Shown here piece after piece: positions 11,068 to 23,748 of a DNA stretch of 64,000 nt; position 1 is the first letter of the stretch, and each line of letters begins with the position of its first letter. Both the position numbers and the translations under genes were made by a program. The notes beneath the pieces were generated by a model, which was not told the DNA's origin, made no database searches, and was given only the letters and a program-made list of their open reading frames with translations. This stretch comes from Alphaproteobacteria bacterium (GTDB taxonomy: Bacteria > Pseudomonadota > Alphaproteobacteria > UBA828): the NCBI GenBank assembly GCA_965237415.1, contig CBDEFM010000002.1, positions 1,568,001 through 1,632,000 on the forward strand, in the 5' to 3' direction.

Positions 11068-12068
11068 CTATTCCCTGCGCGCCTGCTGCAGATACACCGC
11101 CAGCACGATGATGATTGCCTTGACGATCAGTGCGACCTCGTCCTCCACGCCGTTGGCGAGCAGGGTATACTTGACCAACTGGATGATGACCGCGCCCAGG
11201 ACGGCGCCGAAGATGGGCGCGCGCCCACCGTGCAGCACCGCGCCGCCCACCACCGCCGCGGCTATGGCGTCCAGCTCCATCAGGTTTCCGTTGCGTGCCG
11301 CGTCCGAGGCCGAGTTGATCGCAACGACGATCAGCCCGCCGATCCCGGAGAGGACGGCGCAGATGACGTAGGCGCCGATCTTGACGCCGCGCACCGGAGA
11401 ACCGGACAGGCTGGCGGCGCGCTCGTTGCCGCCGATCGCCAGGAGGTAGCGCCCGAACACCGTGCGGTTGACCAGCCAGAAGACCATCGCTGCCAAGCCA
11501 AGCGCGAGCCAGCCCTGGAATGGCAGGCCCAGAATCTTGCCCGTGCCCAGGTAGCTGAACGACGGATTGGAGAACGTCTGCAAGTTGCCGTTGGTCAGAA
11601 CCTGCGCGACGCCGCGCCCGGAGATGAACAGGATCAAGGTCGCGATGATCGGCTGAATACCCAGGAAACTGACCATCATTCCGTTGAACAGGCCGCAGGC
11701 TGCGGCAGCGATCAGGGGCAGCACGAAGGCGGCGGCCAGCGCCAGCGCCGGATGCTCCACGCCAAAGGTCGACGTAAAGATTAGCGGGGCCAGGGCACCG
11801 GCCAGCGCCATGACCGCGCCGACCGAAAGATCGATGCCCCGGGTTGCGATGACGAGCGTCATGCCGGTGGCGACTATGGCGATCGTCGCCACCTGGCTGA
11901 TGTTCACGAAGAGCGTCTGCAGTTGCAGGAAGTTCGGGGTGACCAGAGCATTGAAGATCAGCAGCGCCAGCAGCGCCATCAGGGTGCCGTGCTCGCGCAG
12001 CTTTCGCCACCCCGAGACGCCCGCGGTCGGGAGCGTGCGCCACCTCGATTGCGGCTGGTGGTTGGTGC

Positions 12069-12072
<4 letters not shown>
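11068..12072 (-). CDS. Sugar ABC transporter permease (YtfT-like)
   Basis: GIDLSVGA, IQPIIATL, ELDAIAAAVVGG. Confidence 0.88.
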
Positions 12073-13628
<1,556 letters not shown>

Positions 13629-13682
13629 GAAAGAAGCGGAACCGCAGCAGCGGTCCCGCTTCCCGACCGAGGGCCGTGAAAA

Positions 13683-14657
13683 TCAGTAAGCGCTGTCGAT
13701 ATGCATCGCGGCGTTCGCCTTGGTGAAGATGCGGTCTTCGACCTTGACCCAGGGTTCGATGGTTTCGCCGTTCGTGTAGCGCTTCATCGTCTCGCAGGCC
13801 AGGGGGCCGAAGAAGGGCGAGGACTCCACCGTCACGCCCATCTTGCCGTCGATGATGGCTTGCAGCGCGTCGCGCGTTCCGTCGATCGACACGACAAGCA
13901 CGTCGTCGCCCGGCTTGCGGCCGGCCAACTCCAGCGCCTGGATGGCGCCGATGGCCATTTCGTCGTTGTGGGCATAGACGATGTTCACGTCGGGATGCGC
14001 CTGAAGCAAGGTCTCCATCACCTGGCGCCCGAGGTCGCGCGCGAAATCGCCGGTCTGGGAGGCAACGATGGTCATGTTGTCATGCATGGCCATGACGTCG
14101 TCGAAACCCTTTTTGCGGTCGTTGGCCGGAGACGATCCGGTCGTGCCTTCCAGCTCCACGATGATGCCCGCGTCGCCCTTGAAGTTCTCGAGCGTCCATT
14201 CGGCGACACGGCGGCCCTGATCGACGAAGTCGGAACCCAGGAACGCCACGTAGTGCTCGCCGGCCCTGGCCACATTCGGATCGACAGAGCGGTCGACCAG
14301 GAACGTGGGAATGTTGGCGGCTTTGGCCTTCATCACCGCGGGCAACAGCGGCTTTTCCTCGCGCGGGGGCAGGAACAGGACATCGATGCCCTGCGCGATC
14401 ATGGAATCCACGTCGGCGACCTGCTTGGCCGCGGAACCGGCGGCATCGGTTGCAACCAGGTCCCATCCACACTCGTCGGCGGTGTCATGGAAGGACTTGG
14501 TCTCTGCGATACGCCACGGATTGTTGCTTTCCATCTGCGCGAATCCGACCTTGTAGCGATCCTTCTTGGTCAAGGGAGGCAGATCTGCGGCGAGTGCACT
14601 TGACGCGACGAGAACCAAGCCTGCGGCCGTCGCAATCAAACGGGTGAGTCGGGTCAT
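13683..14657 (-). CDS. Periplasmic sugar-binding protein (YtfQ-like)
   Basis: Signal peptide, VGFAQMESNNPWR, AHNDEMAIGA, SIDG. Confidence 0.88.
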   Translation of the reverse strand: MTRLTRLIATAAGLVLVASSALAADLPPLTKKDRYKVGFAQMESNNPWRIAETKSFHDTADECGWDLVATDAAGSAAKQVADVDSMIAQGIDVLFLPPREEKPLLPAVMKAKAANIPTFLVDRSVDPNVARAGEHYVAFLGSDFVDQGRRVAEWTLENFKGDAGIIVELEGTTGSSPANDRKKGFDDVMAMHDNMTIVASQTGDFARDLGRQVMETLLQAHPDVNIVYAHNDEMAIGAIQALELAGRKPGDDVLVVSIDGTRDALQAIIDGKMGVTVESSPFFGPLACETMKRYTNGETIEPWVKVEDRIFTKANAAMHIDSAY

Positions 14658-14745
14658 GAGATCCTCTCCTGTTCTGCGGCGGCGCATTCCGCCTTGAGAT
14701 GAGTAGACCATGACGGTTGCAATCCGGTCAATAAATATTTATTAT

Positions 14746-16741
14746 CCCAAGTTTAACATTCGGGAGGCAGAAGTTGGCGTATTTGGGCGCCGGGTATCCG
14801 CTAACGCGTTGATTTTGCTTGTTTTCGTGTTTCACGGGCGCGATGTAGTGACATAATATTCGAGTCAGGGGGTTATCAAAGGCCGGGCCCGCCGTTATCC
14901 TCCGCCCATGTTCATCCGGCACGCCAAGATACGCACAACCGAACGCGGCGACGTCTATTACTCGTACCGCCTCGTGCGCAACGAGCGCAGCGGAGACAGG
15001 GTCCGCCAGCACACCCTGCTCAACCTCGGCAGCGACTTCGCTCGAGCGACGGCACTGGCCCGTGCTGTGCGCCCGGATCCAGCAGCTGCTCGAGCGCCAG
15101 GGCGAACTGGTGCCGCTGTCCTGTCCGCAAGAGGTGGAGCGGGATGCCCAGCGCATCGCCGCGCAACTCCTCAATCGCGCACCGCCCGCCGCAGTCGAGC
15201 GCCCCGACCTGCAGACGGTGGATGTGAGTTCCCTGGAGTTGATCCGCCCGCGCTCGGTCGGCGTCGAGAATGTCGGGCTGTGGGCCATGGAGCAGCTCGG
15301 CCTGGAGGCTCTGCTGGAGCGGCTCGGCTTCAACGGCACGCAATTTATTAGCGCGCTGGCCATGCTGGCCACCATCGGATGTGATAAATATGCATTCAAA
15401 TCAGGCCATTGCATGAACAAGCGGGCTCGGAGCGCGACAAACTGGAGGCTGGGCGCGGTGGAGGCACTAAAGCCGCCGACAATCGGGATAGGCCGAATAC
15501 GGGCGCCGACGCCGGGTCACGGATGACCGATGTCGCCTCTACCGGGCCTCCGATGCCCGCTGGCGCGGCGCGCGGCTCGAGGCCCACCTGTTCCACCTGT
15601 TCGCCTTGCCCCAAACTCACGCTGTCTGACCAACACCTTCTTCAACAAGGCCGAACGCGGCCACTCCCGCAGCGATTGCCCGCAGATGGGCCTGCTCGAC
15701 GGCGCGGGCGTGCGCCGGCGAACGGGTCAACGAAGACACGACCCTGGCGCGCTCGCGCCTTGCATGCTCCGGCGACGCTCTGGTGGTGATGGATGCGAGG
15801 GGTCGCCGAGGCCAATGCGTCTGGCTGCGCGAGACGGCTACCGCTATCTGGTCGTCAGCCGGGAATTCGACCCGGACCTGGCGATTGCCCTCGAGACCCG
15901 GTCGCGCCACGGTCCATGTGCACAGGGTGGTCGAGGCGGACGGGGGAGAGGTGCGGTCTGCTACTCCGAGGCGCGGGCGAAGACGGAACAGGGCATTGCC
16001 GCGCGCTTCGCCGCGCGCTTCGAGGGTGACGCAAGCTCCACGACGGCCTCAAGCGCCCGCGCACCCGCAAGCGGCCGACCATGTCTGGCGCGGATCGGCC
16101 GGATCAAGGAGAAGAGCCGCGGTGTCGGGGGCACTACGGCGATGTCATCGCCGATGACAGCAGGCCCGCGCCGTCACTTGGGAACGCCGCCCGCTCGCCG
16201 GCACCATGATCATCCCGGCGTCTACTGCCTGCGCACCAACGTCGAGGACTGGGACGAGGAGACGTTGTGGCGCACTTATACTGCGCTCACAGATGTGGAG
16301 GCCGTGTTCCGCTCGCTCAAATCCGAACTCGGCCTGCGCCCCATCTTCCACCAGACCCAGAAGCGCTCCGACGGGCACCTGTTCATCACCGTGATCGCCT
16401 ACCAGCTGGTGCAGACCATCCGCCGGCGCCTCGGCGAGCAGGGGGAGCGCGCAAGCTGGGCCAGCCTGCGACGCATTCTCGAAGGCCAGCAGCGCGTCAC
16501 GGCAACCTTCCGGCGCAAGGACGGCCGCACCCTTCATGTGCGCAAACCGACGCGCGCGGAGCTCCGACAACGGGCCATCTATCAGGCGCTCGGCGCAGAC
16601 CCCGTTCCCGGAGGCATCAGGAAGATGATCGTCTGACCCCGAATCCGGCACAGGCAACCGAAATGTAGTGCCATACGCGGAATTCTTGCTCCCCAACGCA
16701 TTGATAAACAACAGACTTCGAAACGGGTTGTTAAACTTGGG
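14746..16741 (+). mobile_element. IS1634 family element, heavily frameshifted
   Basis: Perfect 13-bp IRs cccaagtttaaca (14746-14758) / tgttaaacttggg (16729-16741); fragments YRLVRNERSGDRVRQHTLLNLG and GVYCLRTN...VEAVFRSLKSELGLRPIFHQ. Confidence 0.85.
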
Positions 16742-16806
16742 TTAGGAATCGTGTCAATGCTGGCAATTTTTCCCGGATGTGATAAATATGCATTCAAATC
16801 AGGCCA

Positions 16807-17928
16807 TTGCATGAACAAGCGGCCGAGCGGACAAACTGGAGGCTGGGCGCGGTGGAGGCACTAAAGCCGCCGACAATCGGGATAGGCCGAATACGGGGCC
16901 GACGCCGGGTCACGATGACCGATGTCGCGCGCGTGGCCGGCTGCTCCCAGTCCACCGTCTCCTTCGTTCTCAACAACAACACCGCGGTCCAGATCTCCGA
17001 AGCGACCCGGCAACGGGTCAAACGCGTCGCGGACGATCTTGGTTACGAGGGTGTGCCGGCTCTGGCCAGAGGAGAGGCCAATTCGACGACAGCCCAAGTC
17101 ATCGCCTTCGTCGTAGACAGCCTCTCGACGAGCTGGGAAGCTCCGGCCGCGCTCGCAGGCGTCAGGCAGGCGGCTTGCAGTGCCGGTGCTCTGGTTCTGG
17201 CCACGGAGACCCAGAATGATCCGCGGATCGAGCCGAAAACACTGTCCCTCCTGATCGAGCAGGAGGTCGAGGCGATTATCTACGCCTGTGTCCACACCAG
17301 GGAGGTCGTTCTGCCCGACACGCTGAAGGCGACCGACATCCCGGTCTATCTGCTTAATTGCCATACCAAGGACAACGCCCGTCCCGCAGTCGTGCCCAGC
17401 GAAATCGCGGGCGGTCAGCGCGCAACCAATGTCCTGATCGATGCCGGGCACACCCGCATCGCCACCATCACTGGCGAGCCCTACATGGCGGCGACCGGGG
17501 ATCGCTTGACAGGCTATAGGAGAGCCCTGGCAACGGTGGACATTCCCTTCGATCCAAGCCTCGTCGTCGAGGGAGACTGGTCCGCCAGCGCCGGGTTCAA
17601 CGGCACCATGAAGCTCCTGGAACTCGACCGGGCGCCGACGGCGATATTCTGCCAGAACGATCGCATGGCGATCGGCTGCTACGAGGCGCTGAAAGAAAGC
17701 GGATACGCGATTCCCGGCGACATGTCGGTCGTCGGCTATGATGACGAGGAGATCTCCCGCCATCTCTTCCCGCCGCTGACGACACTGATCCTGCCACATC
17801 GGGCCATGGGATTCTGGGTGGTCGAGCAGCACGTTCACCCGCCGACAAGGCGAGACGACCCCTTTGTGGTGACCAAGCTCGAGTGCGAGCTTGTCGAGCG
17901 CAACTCCGTAGCCGCCCCGAGAGGGTAG
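16807..17928 (+). CDS. LacI family transcriptional regulator
   Basis: TMTDVARVAGCSQSTVSFVLN, FCQNDRMAIG, VVGYDD, PPLTT; true start may be downstream. Confidence 0.92.
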   Translation: MHEQAAERTNWRLGAVEALKPPTIGIGRIRGRRRVTMTDVARVAGCSQSTVSFVLNNNTAVQISEATRQRVKRVADDLGYEGVPALARGEANSTTAQVIAFVVDSLSTSWEAPAALAGVRQAACSAGALVLATETQNDPRIEPKTLSLLIEQEVEAIIYACVHTREVVLPDTLKATDIPVYLLNCHTKDNARPAVVPSEIAGGQRATNVLIDAGHTRIATITGEPYMAATGDRLTGYRRALATVDIPFDPSLVVEGDWSASAGFNGTMKLLELDRAPTAIFCQNDRMAIGCYEALKESGYAIPGDMSVVGYDDEEISRHLFPPLTTLILPHRAMGFWVVEQHVHPPTRRDDPFVVTKLECELVERNSVAAPRG

Positions 17929-18199
17929 CCGCTTCCCAGAGGTAACTCGCGACGCTGGACGGTGGTGCTTGACAGTCGTCTGTGTTGTTCGCCGCGAGAG
18001 TTCGACGCCGATCGGCGCGCTAACTCATTGACCTGACTGCAATGTGAGGGGTCAACACGTCACGCCGAACAATAGTCTGGCGGTACGGCCTCGGCTGGCA
18101 CGCGCCCAAGAGGGGCGATGAGCCCCTGGTACTCGATTCGCTGGTCATGGGCGATCTCGTTCATCAGACGCTTGAACGCGCCCTGCGAACGCCGGAGGT

Positions 18200-18301
18200 G
18201 GATGGCAGCCTCGCCAACGCTGCTCCGCCGACCATCCAGCTTGGCCGAGAAACCGTCAATGCCCTAACATTCAAACTGGACCAGTCGCCGGGGGCAGGTC
18301 A
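18200..18301 (+). mobile_element. IS3 family right-end remnant
   Basis: ctaacattcaaactggaccagtcgccgggggcaggtca resembles alphaproteobacterial IS3 right ends (ends in CA); preceded by a Pro/Ala-rich tail. Confidence 0.5.
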
Positions 18302-18423
18302 GCAGAACTCCATTCCACTCGCCCGTAAAACCCGCTGTACTTCGAGTGCGTCGGTTATAGTAAGGCGAGGCCTGTTTCTGCGTAGCATATTTGCGTACGA
18401 CAATTTGGTGACGGGAGGCAACT

Positions 18424-19518
18424 GTGGATACACAGGAACGACTCGATTCCCTTCTTCGAGAATTCGACGCGTTGAGTCGGCATTCTGTTGGCTATCCCTG
18501 CAATCAGGATTTCGACTACACCGCACTGCTGCCCTTTATGCGATACGCTATCAACAACGTGGGCGACCCTTTCCACGACAGCAACTTCCGCAGTAACACC
18601 CACCAGATGGAGCGTGAGGTCATCGGCATCTTCGCTGACTTGATGCATATCTCGCGCGAACAGATGTGGGGCTACGTCACGTCGGGCGGCACCGAGGGCA
18701 ATATGTACGGCCTGTACCTGGGGCGGGAACTCTATCCGGACGGCGTGGTCTATTTCTCGCAGGATACTCACTACAGCGTGGTCAAGATTATGAGCGTGCT
18801 GAAAGTGCGCAACATCATGATAAGGAGCCAAGACAATGGCGAGATAGATTACGACGACCTCTACGAGACGATTCGCATCAACCGGGACGTGCCCGCAATA
18901 ATGATGGCGAACATAGGCACGACCATGAAGGGCGCGATAGACGACGTGGGCAAGATCCGTGACATCCTGAACGACCTCGCGGTGACCAGGTCCTACTTAC
19001 ACGCGGACGCTGCCCTGAGCGGCATGATACTGCCGTTCGTGGACGACCCGCAGCCCTACGGGTTCGATGTCGGGTTCGACAGCGTGTCGGTCAGCGGGCA
19101 CAAGATGGTCGGCTCGCCACTGCCCTGCGGCGTCGCCCTGACCCGGCGCGAATACGTGTCGCGCATCGCGCGTGCCATCGAATACGTGGGCGTGTTGGAC
19201 ACCACGCTCACAGGCTCACGCAACGCCCTCACGCCGCTGATGATGTGGTACGCGTTCGAGCAGCAGGGGCTGGACGGCTTCAGGCGCATCGTGAACGGAT
19301 GCCTTGAGACGGCGGAATACGCGGTTACGCGCTTCAACGACGGCGGCATCCCTGCGTGGCGCAACAAGAACTCGGTCACCGTCGTGTTCCCCAGGCCGCC
19401 AGCAGATGTCGTACGCAAGTGGCAGCTCGCACCCTACGAGGACATCGCGCACCTCATCGCGATGCCGCACGTAACACGCGAGACTATCGACGCCGTGGTG
19501 GACGACTGCATGGCGTAA
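18424..19518 (+). CDS. hdc: PLP-dependent group II decarboxylase (histidine decarboxylase-like)
   Basis: GYPCNQDFDY, INNVGDPF, WGYVTSGGTEGN, THYS, HADAALSG, SVSGHK (PLP lysine), GSRN. Confidence 0.85.
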   Translation: MDTQERLDSLLREFDALSRHSVGYPCNQDFDYTALLPFMRYAINNVGDPFHDSNFRSNTHQMEREVIGIFADLMHISREQMWGYVTSGGTEGNMYGLYLGRELYPDGVVYFSQDTHYSVVKIMSVLKVRNIMIRSQDNGEIDYDDLYETIRINRDVPAIMMANIGTTMKGAIDDVGKIRDILNDLAVTRSYLHADAALSGMILPFVDDPQPYGFDVGFDSVSVSGHKMVGSPLPCGVALTRREYVSRIARAIEYVGVLDTTLTGSRNALTPLMMWYAFEQQGLDGFRRIVNGCLETAEYAVTRFNDGGIPAWRNKNSVTVVFPRPPADVVRKWQLAPYEDIAHLIAMPHVTRETIDAVVDDCMA

Positions 19519-19549
19519 CAGCAACACAAGACGAAACGGGGACAATCGC

Positions 19550-19942
19550 ATGACCAGGATCGTAGTAATAGCAAACAACGAGGCAGGCGTTATCGCCGAC
19601 ATCGCCGGAGCATTGGCCGACCGCAACATCAATATCGAAACCATCAGCACAGAGGCACTCGGGGAAAAGGGCGCGATAACGCTCACCACGGACGACTACG
19701 ACGGCGCCCTGCGCGCGCTGACGGACGCGGGATTCAAGACGGTATCCGACGACGCGCTAATCCTGAGACTGCACGACGAACCGGGCGCGCTGGCCAAGCT
19801 GGCGGAGAAGTTCAAGCAGGGCGGCGTGAATATCCAGAGCCTACACATACTGGACCGCCGAAACGGCCACACCACGGTAGCCATATCCGCCGACGACCGC
19901 GCCAAAGCGGAGGCGCTGGTGGAGCCGGAGACGGCAGTGTAG
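19550..19942 (+). CDS. Tandem ACT domain protein
   Basis: Two ACT-like repeats: NEAGVIADIAGALADRNINIETI and DEPGALAKLAEKFKQGGVNIQSL. Confidence 0.85.
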   Translation: MTRIVVIANNEAGVIADIAGALADRNINIETISTEALGEKGAITLTTDDYDGALRALTDAGFKTVSDDALILRLHDEPGALAKLAEKFKQGGVNIQSLHILDRRNGHTTVAISADDRAKAEALVEPETAV

Positions 19943-19976
19943 GAGGGAAGACACGGGGCGTAATTTATGTTGGCAG

Positions 19977-20030
19977 TGTCAACGGCGGCGTAATAATGTA
20001 CCGGCGCGGCGGCGTAAAATTGTCCCACGG
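19977..20030 (+). mobile_element. IS21 family terminal remnant
   Basis: Starts TGTCAA, with internal repeats cggcggcgtaataatgtacc / cggcggcgtaaaattgtccc typical of IS21 ends; no istAB follows. Confidence 0.55.
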
Positions 20031-20125
20031 GCTCGGTGGCAGCTTGTCCCCGTAGATCCTATGAGGCGACTCGGCGAGCGGCGCTACGGTGCCGCCGGCC
20101 AGGAATCCTCAAAAGGAGACACGAG

Positions 20126-20677
20126 ATGCCCCCAAGTAGCGACATCGTCGCGCCGGCCGGCGCGGAGCACAACACGCTGTACGTCGCGATCGAGATAAGC
20201 CGGAAGAGTTGGGTCATCGGGATCAAGAGCCCGGCGAGTGAGCGGATCGGCCTGCACTCGCTTGGCGCAGCGGACGTCGTAGGTCTCAGGGATCTGATCG
20301 AGCATCAGCAGACCAAGGCCGAACGCGCGCTCGGCCGTGAAGTGCGTGTTCTGTGCTGTTACGAAGCGGGCTACGAGGGGTTCTGGCTGGCGCGCTGGCT
20401 GGACCGAACGATGTCTGTCGAGACGGTCGTGCTCGATCCTGCGAGCCTTTTGGTGAACCGAAAGGCGAAGCAGCGCAGGACGGATCGGATCGACGCCAGG
20501 AAGATGGTGCGCGCGCTGCTGGCGCACGACCGGGGCGACGCGGCGGTGCTCAGCCGGGTGCGGATACCGAGCGTTGAGGAGGAAGACCGCAAGCGATTGC
20601 TCCGGGAGCGCCGGCGCCTGGTGAAGGAGCGGACATCGCTGACCAACGCGGTCAAAGGGCTCCTGAAGCTGCACGGT
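20126..20677 (+). pseudogene. IS110 family transposase, N-terminal half only
   Basis: YVAIEISRKSW, CYEAGYEGFWL, RTDRIDA, RRRLVKERT; RBS aaggag; truncated where the intron RT joins. Confidence 0.88.
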
Positions 20678-21953
20678 ACCGAGCGAGGATCGCCTCCATC
20701 TGTTCCCAAGTGAACCATCCTTTCTGGCCGCGGCGGGCGAGCCACCGCTTCCAGGTCAAGATGACCCGTTTCAGGAACCACCGGATGCGTTTGTTGTTGC
20801 CCGTCAGACCGTAATAGGCGTAGTGCCCACGGAGCACGCGAGAGAGATGCGCGTGCTGGTCCGCGAGCCGCCAGTGCCGGTGTCGCTTGCACCACTCCCA
20901 GACCGCTCGCAGCGCACGGGCATAGCGGCCCTTGGCCGTGATCTGGCGAACGACGTCCTTACCTCGTCTCGACTTGCCCCAGACATGGGTGAAGCCGAGG
21001 AAGTCGAACGTCGTGCCCACGGTTGTCGGGTGCCGCCCGCGCGGACGCTTGAACCGGAAGTCGACAAAGCGCGTCTTGGTCTTGTGGAGCGTGAGCCCGT
21101 AGCGACCGAGACGCTTCGCCAGCGCGGCAAGCATGCGCCTGCCGCTGAGATGGTCTTCAAAGGTCAACACTGCATCGTCGGCGTACCGGACGAGCAGGCA
21201 GCGGCCCTTGAGGCGCGGTTTCGCCACGCGCTCGAACCAGACATCCAGCACATGGTGCAGGAAAACGTTCGAGAGCAGCGGCGAGATCACCCCGCCCTGA
21301 GGAGTGCCCGTTTCCGTCCGGCGGAGGCTCTCCCCTTCGAGCACCCCAGCCTTCAGCCACTTGTCGATCATGCGTCGCACGACGCCATCCTTGATCCGCA
21401 GGTCGAGGAATGACCGGAGGTGTCCGTGGTCGATGCTGTCGAAGTACTTCGCGATATCGGCATCGATCACCCAGCGGCAGCCCTGCTCCATGAAGCCTGT
21501 CCGCAGCGCTTTCAGGGCGTCATGGGCCGAGCGTCCGGGCCGAAAGCCGTACGAGCAGGGCAGAAAGCCCGCCTCGTAGATCGGCTCCAGCATCATCAGG
21601 ATCGCCCGCTGCGCCACCTTGTCTTCGAACGTCGGGATGCCGAGAGGGCGTCTCGTTCCATCCGCCTTCGGGATGTAGTGGCGGCGCACCGGCGGCGCGC
21701 GGTAGCTGCCCGACTTGATCCGGTTCAGCAGGCTTTCGAGGTTGGCCTCCAGATCCTTTTCGTAGTCGGCAGCGGTCACGCCGTCGATGCCTGTCGCCCC
21801 ATCCTTGCGCGTCCGGCGATACGCTTCACGCATCCATTCGCCGTCGATCAGGTGGTGCAGGGACGTGAACACCCGTTCCGGGTGCTCCCTCGCCTGTTCG
21901 GCTATCCACTGCTGTTTCGTTGACGTGGTCGTGGAGCTCAGTGTCTCCTCCAT
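20652..21953 (-). CDS. ltrA: Group II intron reverse transcriptase/maturase (C-terminus clipped)
   Basis: GIDG, YIPKADG..RPLGIP, SYGFRPGRSAHDA, GTPQGGVISPLLSN, RYADD, FDFLGFTH, LRGHYAYY. Confidence 0.93.
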   Translation of the reverse strand: MEETLSSTTTSTKQQWIAEQAREHPERVFTSLHHLIDGEWMREAYRRTRKDGATGIDGVTAADYEKDLEANLESLLNRIKSGSYRAPPVRRHYIPKADGTRRPLGIPTFEDKVAQRAILMMLEPIYEAGFLPCSYGFRPGRSAHDALKALRTGFMEQGCRWVIDADIAKYFDSIDHGHLRSFLDLRIKDGVVRRMIDKWLKAGVLEGESLRRTETGTPQGGVISPLLSNVFLHHVLDVWFERVAKPRLKGRCLLVRYADDAVLTFEDHLSGRRMLAALAKRLGRYGLTLHKTKTRFVDFRFKRPRGRHPTTVGTTFDFLGFTHVWGKSRRGKDVVRQITAKGRYARALRAVWEWCKRHRHWRLADQHAHLSRVLRGHYAYYGLTGNNKRIRWFLKRVILTWKRWLARRGQKGWFTWEQMEAILARYRAASGAL

Positions 21954-22559
21954 CGTTTCCCATCAGTGGGTCTGGACATGTGACGCCTCCCTTTCCTCGG
22001 ACGGGTCCCGATGGCCACGGTTCCCCGCCGTCAGCGGTACTATGAAGGCGCTACGACTTCCTGCTCCGCATGCCCTTCGGCTTATGGTTTCGCCAGCCGG
22101 GTCCATGGGTTCCTGCTTCTTTGTGTCCGCTCGCGCGCTCCCGGCGACTTGCAGGCCGATCACCGGGCCGGGGTCTTTGTTGGTCACGCTGGCCGTCCCC
22201 TTCCAGCGGTTTCCCTCATGAGCAAGAACAGGACCTCACAGGTTCCCTGGCGACCCTTCCCGTGGCTCTGCGTCTTTCCAAGACCCCGGACGACCCGTTG
22301 CACCTCGCCTGTCGCGGTGCTTCCGGTGCTGCCCCCAGGCCCAACACACCAAGGGCGTCGTCGGTCTCCATGATTTCGAGGCTTACCGAGCCGCTTCACC
22401 ACACGCTGTCTACGCTTCACGACGGGCGTTGCCGCACGCCATGCAAGACTCGCTTCCGGCTGGCGGGCTGCGCCTTTGCCGGGCGGGAGTCGAACCCGCT
22501 GGGTCGCAACGAAAGGTTTCAGTTCATGTCATCCCCCTTTCCAGGGCTTACCCTGTCGC
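20675..22559 (-). mobile_element. Group II intron, 3'-truncated (5' ribozyme region plus RT ORF; no domains V/VI seen)
   Basis: About 600 nt noncoding leader starting (ta)gcgacagggtaagccctggaaaggggg and containing gaagcgagtcttgc, upstream of the RT ORF. Confidence 0.8.
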
Positions 22560-23748
22560 TAGTCACCTGGCACTGAAGTAAGGCTCAGTGTAGGCTGTTC
22601 ATCGTGGTGTGGCTGTGGAGGTCATTGCGATGGCGCGTGGTACTGGCCGGCCGATGGCGGTCTTGGTTCTGAGCGATGAAGAGCGGTCGTATCTTGAGCG
22701 TCAGGCTCGACGCCGCCGGGTCGCGCGCTCGATCTCCGATCGCTGCCGCATGATCCTGCGCTGCGCAGACGGCCTGACCAACAAGACGGTAGCCGCAGAG
22801 ATCGGCGTGCACGAGCACACGGTCGGCAAGTGGCGCCGCCGCTTCCTGAAGGAGCGCATCGAGGGGCTGTCGGATGAGCCTCGGCCGGGACGGCCGCGAA
22901 CGCTCACGGACGATCAGGTGGCCAAGGTTGTCGAGCGGACGCTCAGCGCGACGTCGGCGGACGCCACCCATTGGTCGCTGCGCTCGATGGCCAGGGAAAG
23001 CGCGGCCTTTCGCACACGACGATCTGGCGCATCTGGGGCGCCTTCGGCTTGCAGCCGCACCGCTCGGAGACCTTCAAGCTGTCGGGCGATCCGCACTTCG
23101 TGGACAAGGTCCGCGACATCGTTGGGCTCTATCTCTCGCCGCCGGACCGCGCGCTGGTGCTCTGCGTCGACGAGAAGAGCCAGATCCAGGCGCTCGACCG
23201 TACACAGCCGGTCCTGCCGATGTTGCCGGGCATGCCTGAGCGGCGCACGCACGATTACAAGCGCCACGGAACGACCTCGCTGTTCGCAGCCCTCGATGTC
23301 GCCACGGGCCGCGTCATCGGCAAGTGCTACAGACGCCACCGGGCCGGGGAGTTTCTCGACTTCCTGAAAGAGATCGACCGCTCGGTCCCCGAGGGGCTGG
23401 ACGTCCACATCGTCATGGACAATTACGCCACTCACAAGACCGCGGCGGTCAAGGCTTGGCTGGCACGGCGGCCGCACTGGCACGTCCACTTCACGCCGAC
23501 GTCGGCGTCCTGGATCAATCAGATCGAACGCTGGTTCGCCGAGTTGACGCGAAAGCAGTTGCAGCGCGGCGTGCACACCTCCACCCGCCAGCTCGAAGCC
23601 GATATCCGGGCCTTCATCGAAAAGCACAACGAAGACCCCAAGCCCTTCAGGTGGACCAAATCGGCCGACGACATCCTCGCCGCCGTCAAACGCTTCTGCC
23701 TCCGCGTCGATCAAAACTTATGCCACGAACTTTAGATTCAGGTGACTA
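22560..23748 (+). mobile_element. IS630 family element; transposase (22630-23735) frameshifted near 22998
   Basis: IRs tagtcacctg / caggtgacta in CTAG context at both ends; motifs [38 protein letters not shown]. Confidence 0.92.

Noticed and set aside
20030-20125. IS110 bridge RNA
   Set aside because: The leader is short, the element's 3' end is deleted, and no structure can be supported by eye.
20652-21953. RT as a retron, DGR or defence RT
   Set aside because: Maturase/X-domain motifs and an upstream ribozyme-like leader identify a group II intron protein.
22990-23010. Programmed frameshift in IS630
   Set aside because: No A-run slippery site; an extra gc dinucleotide (agcgcggc) looks like a mutation or sequencing error.
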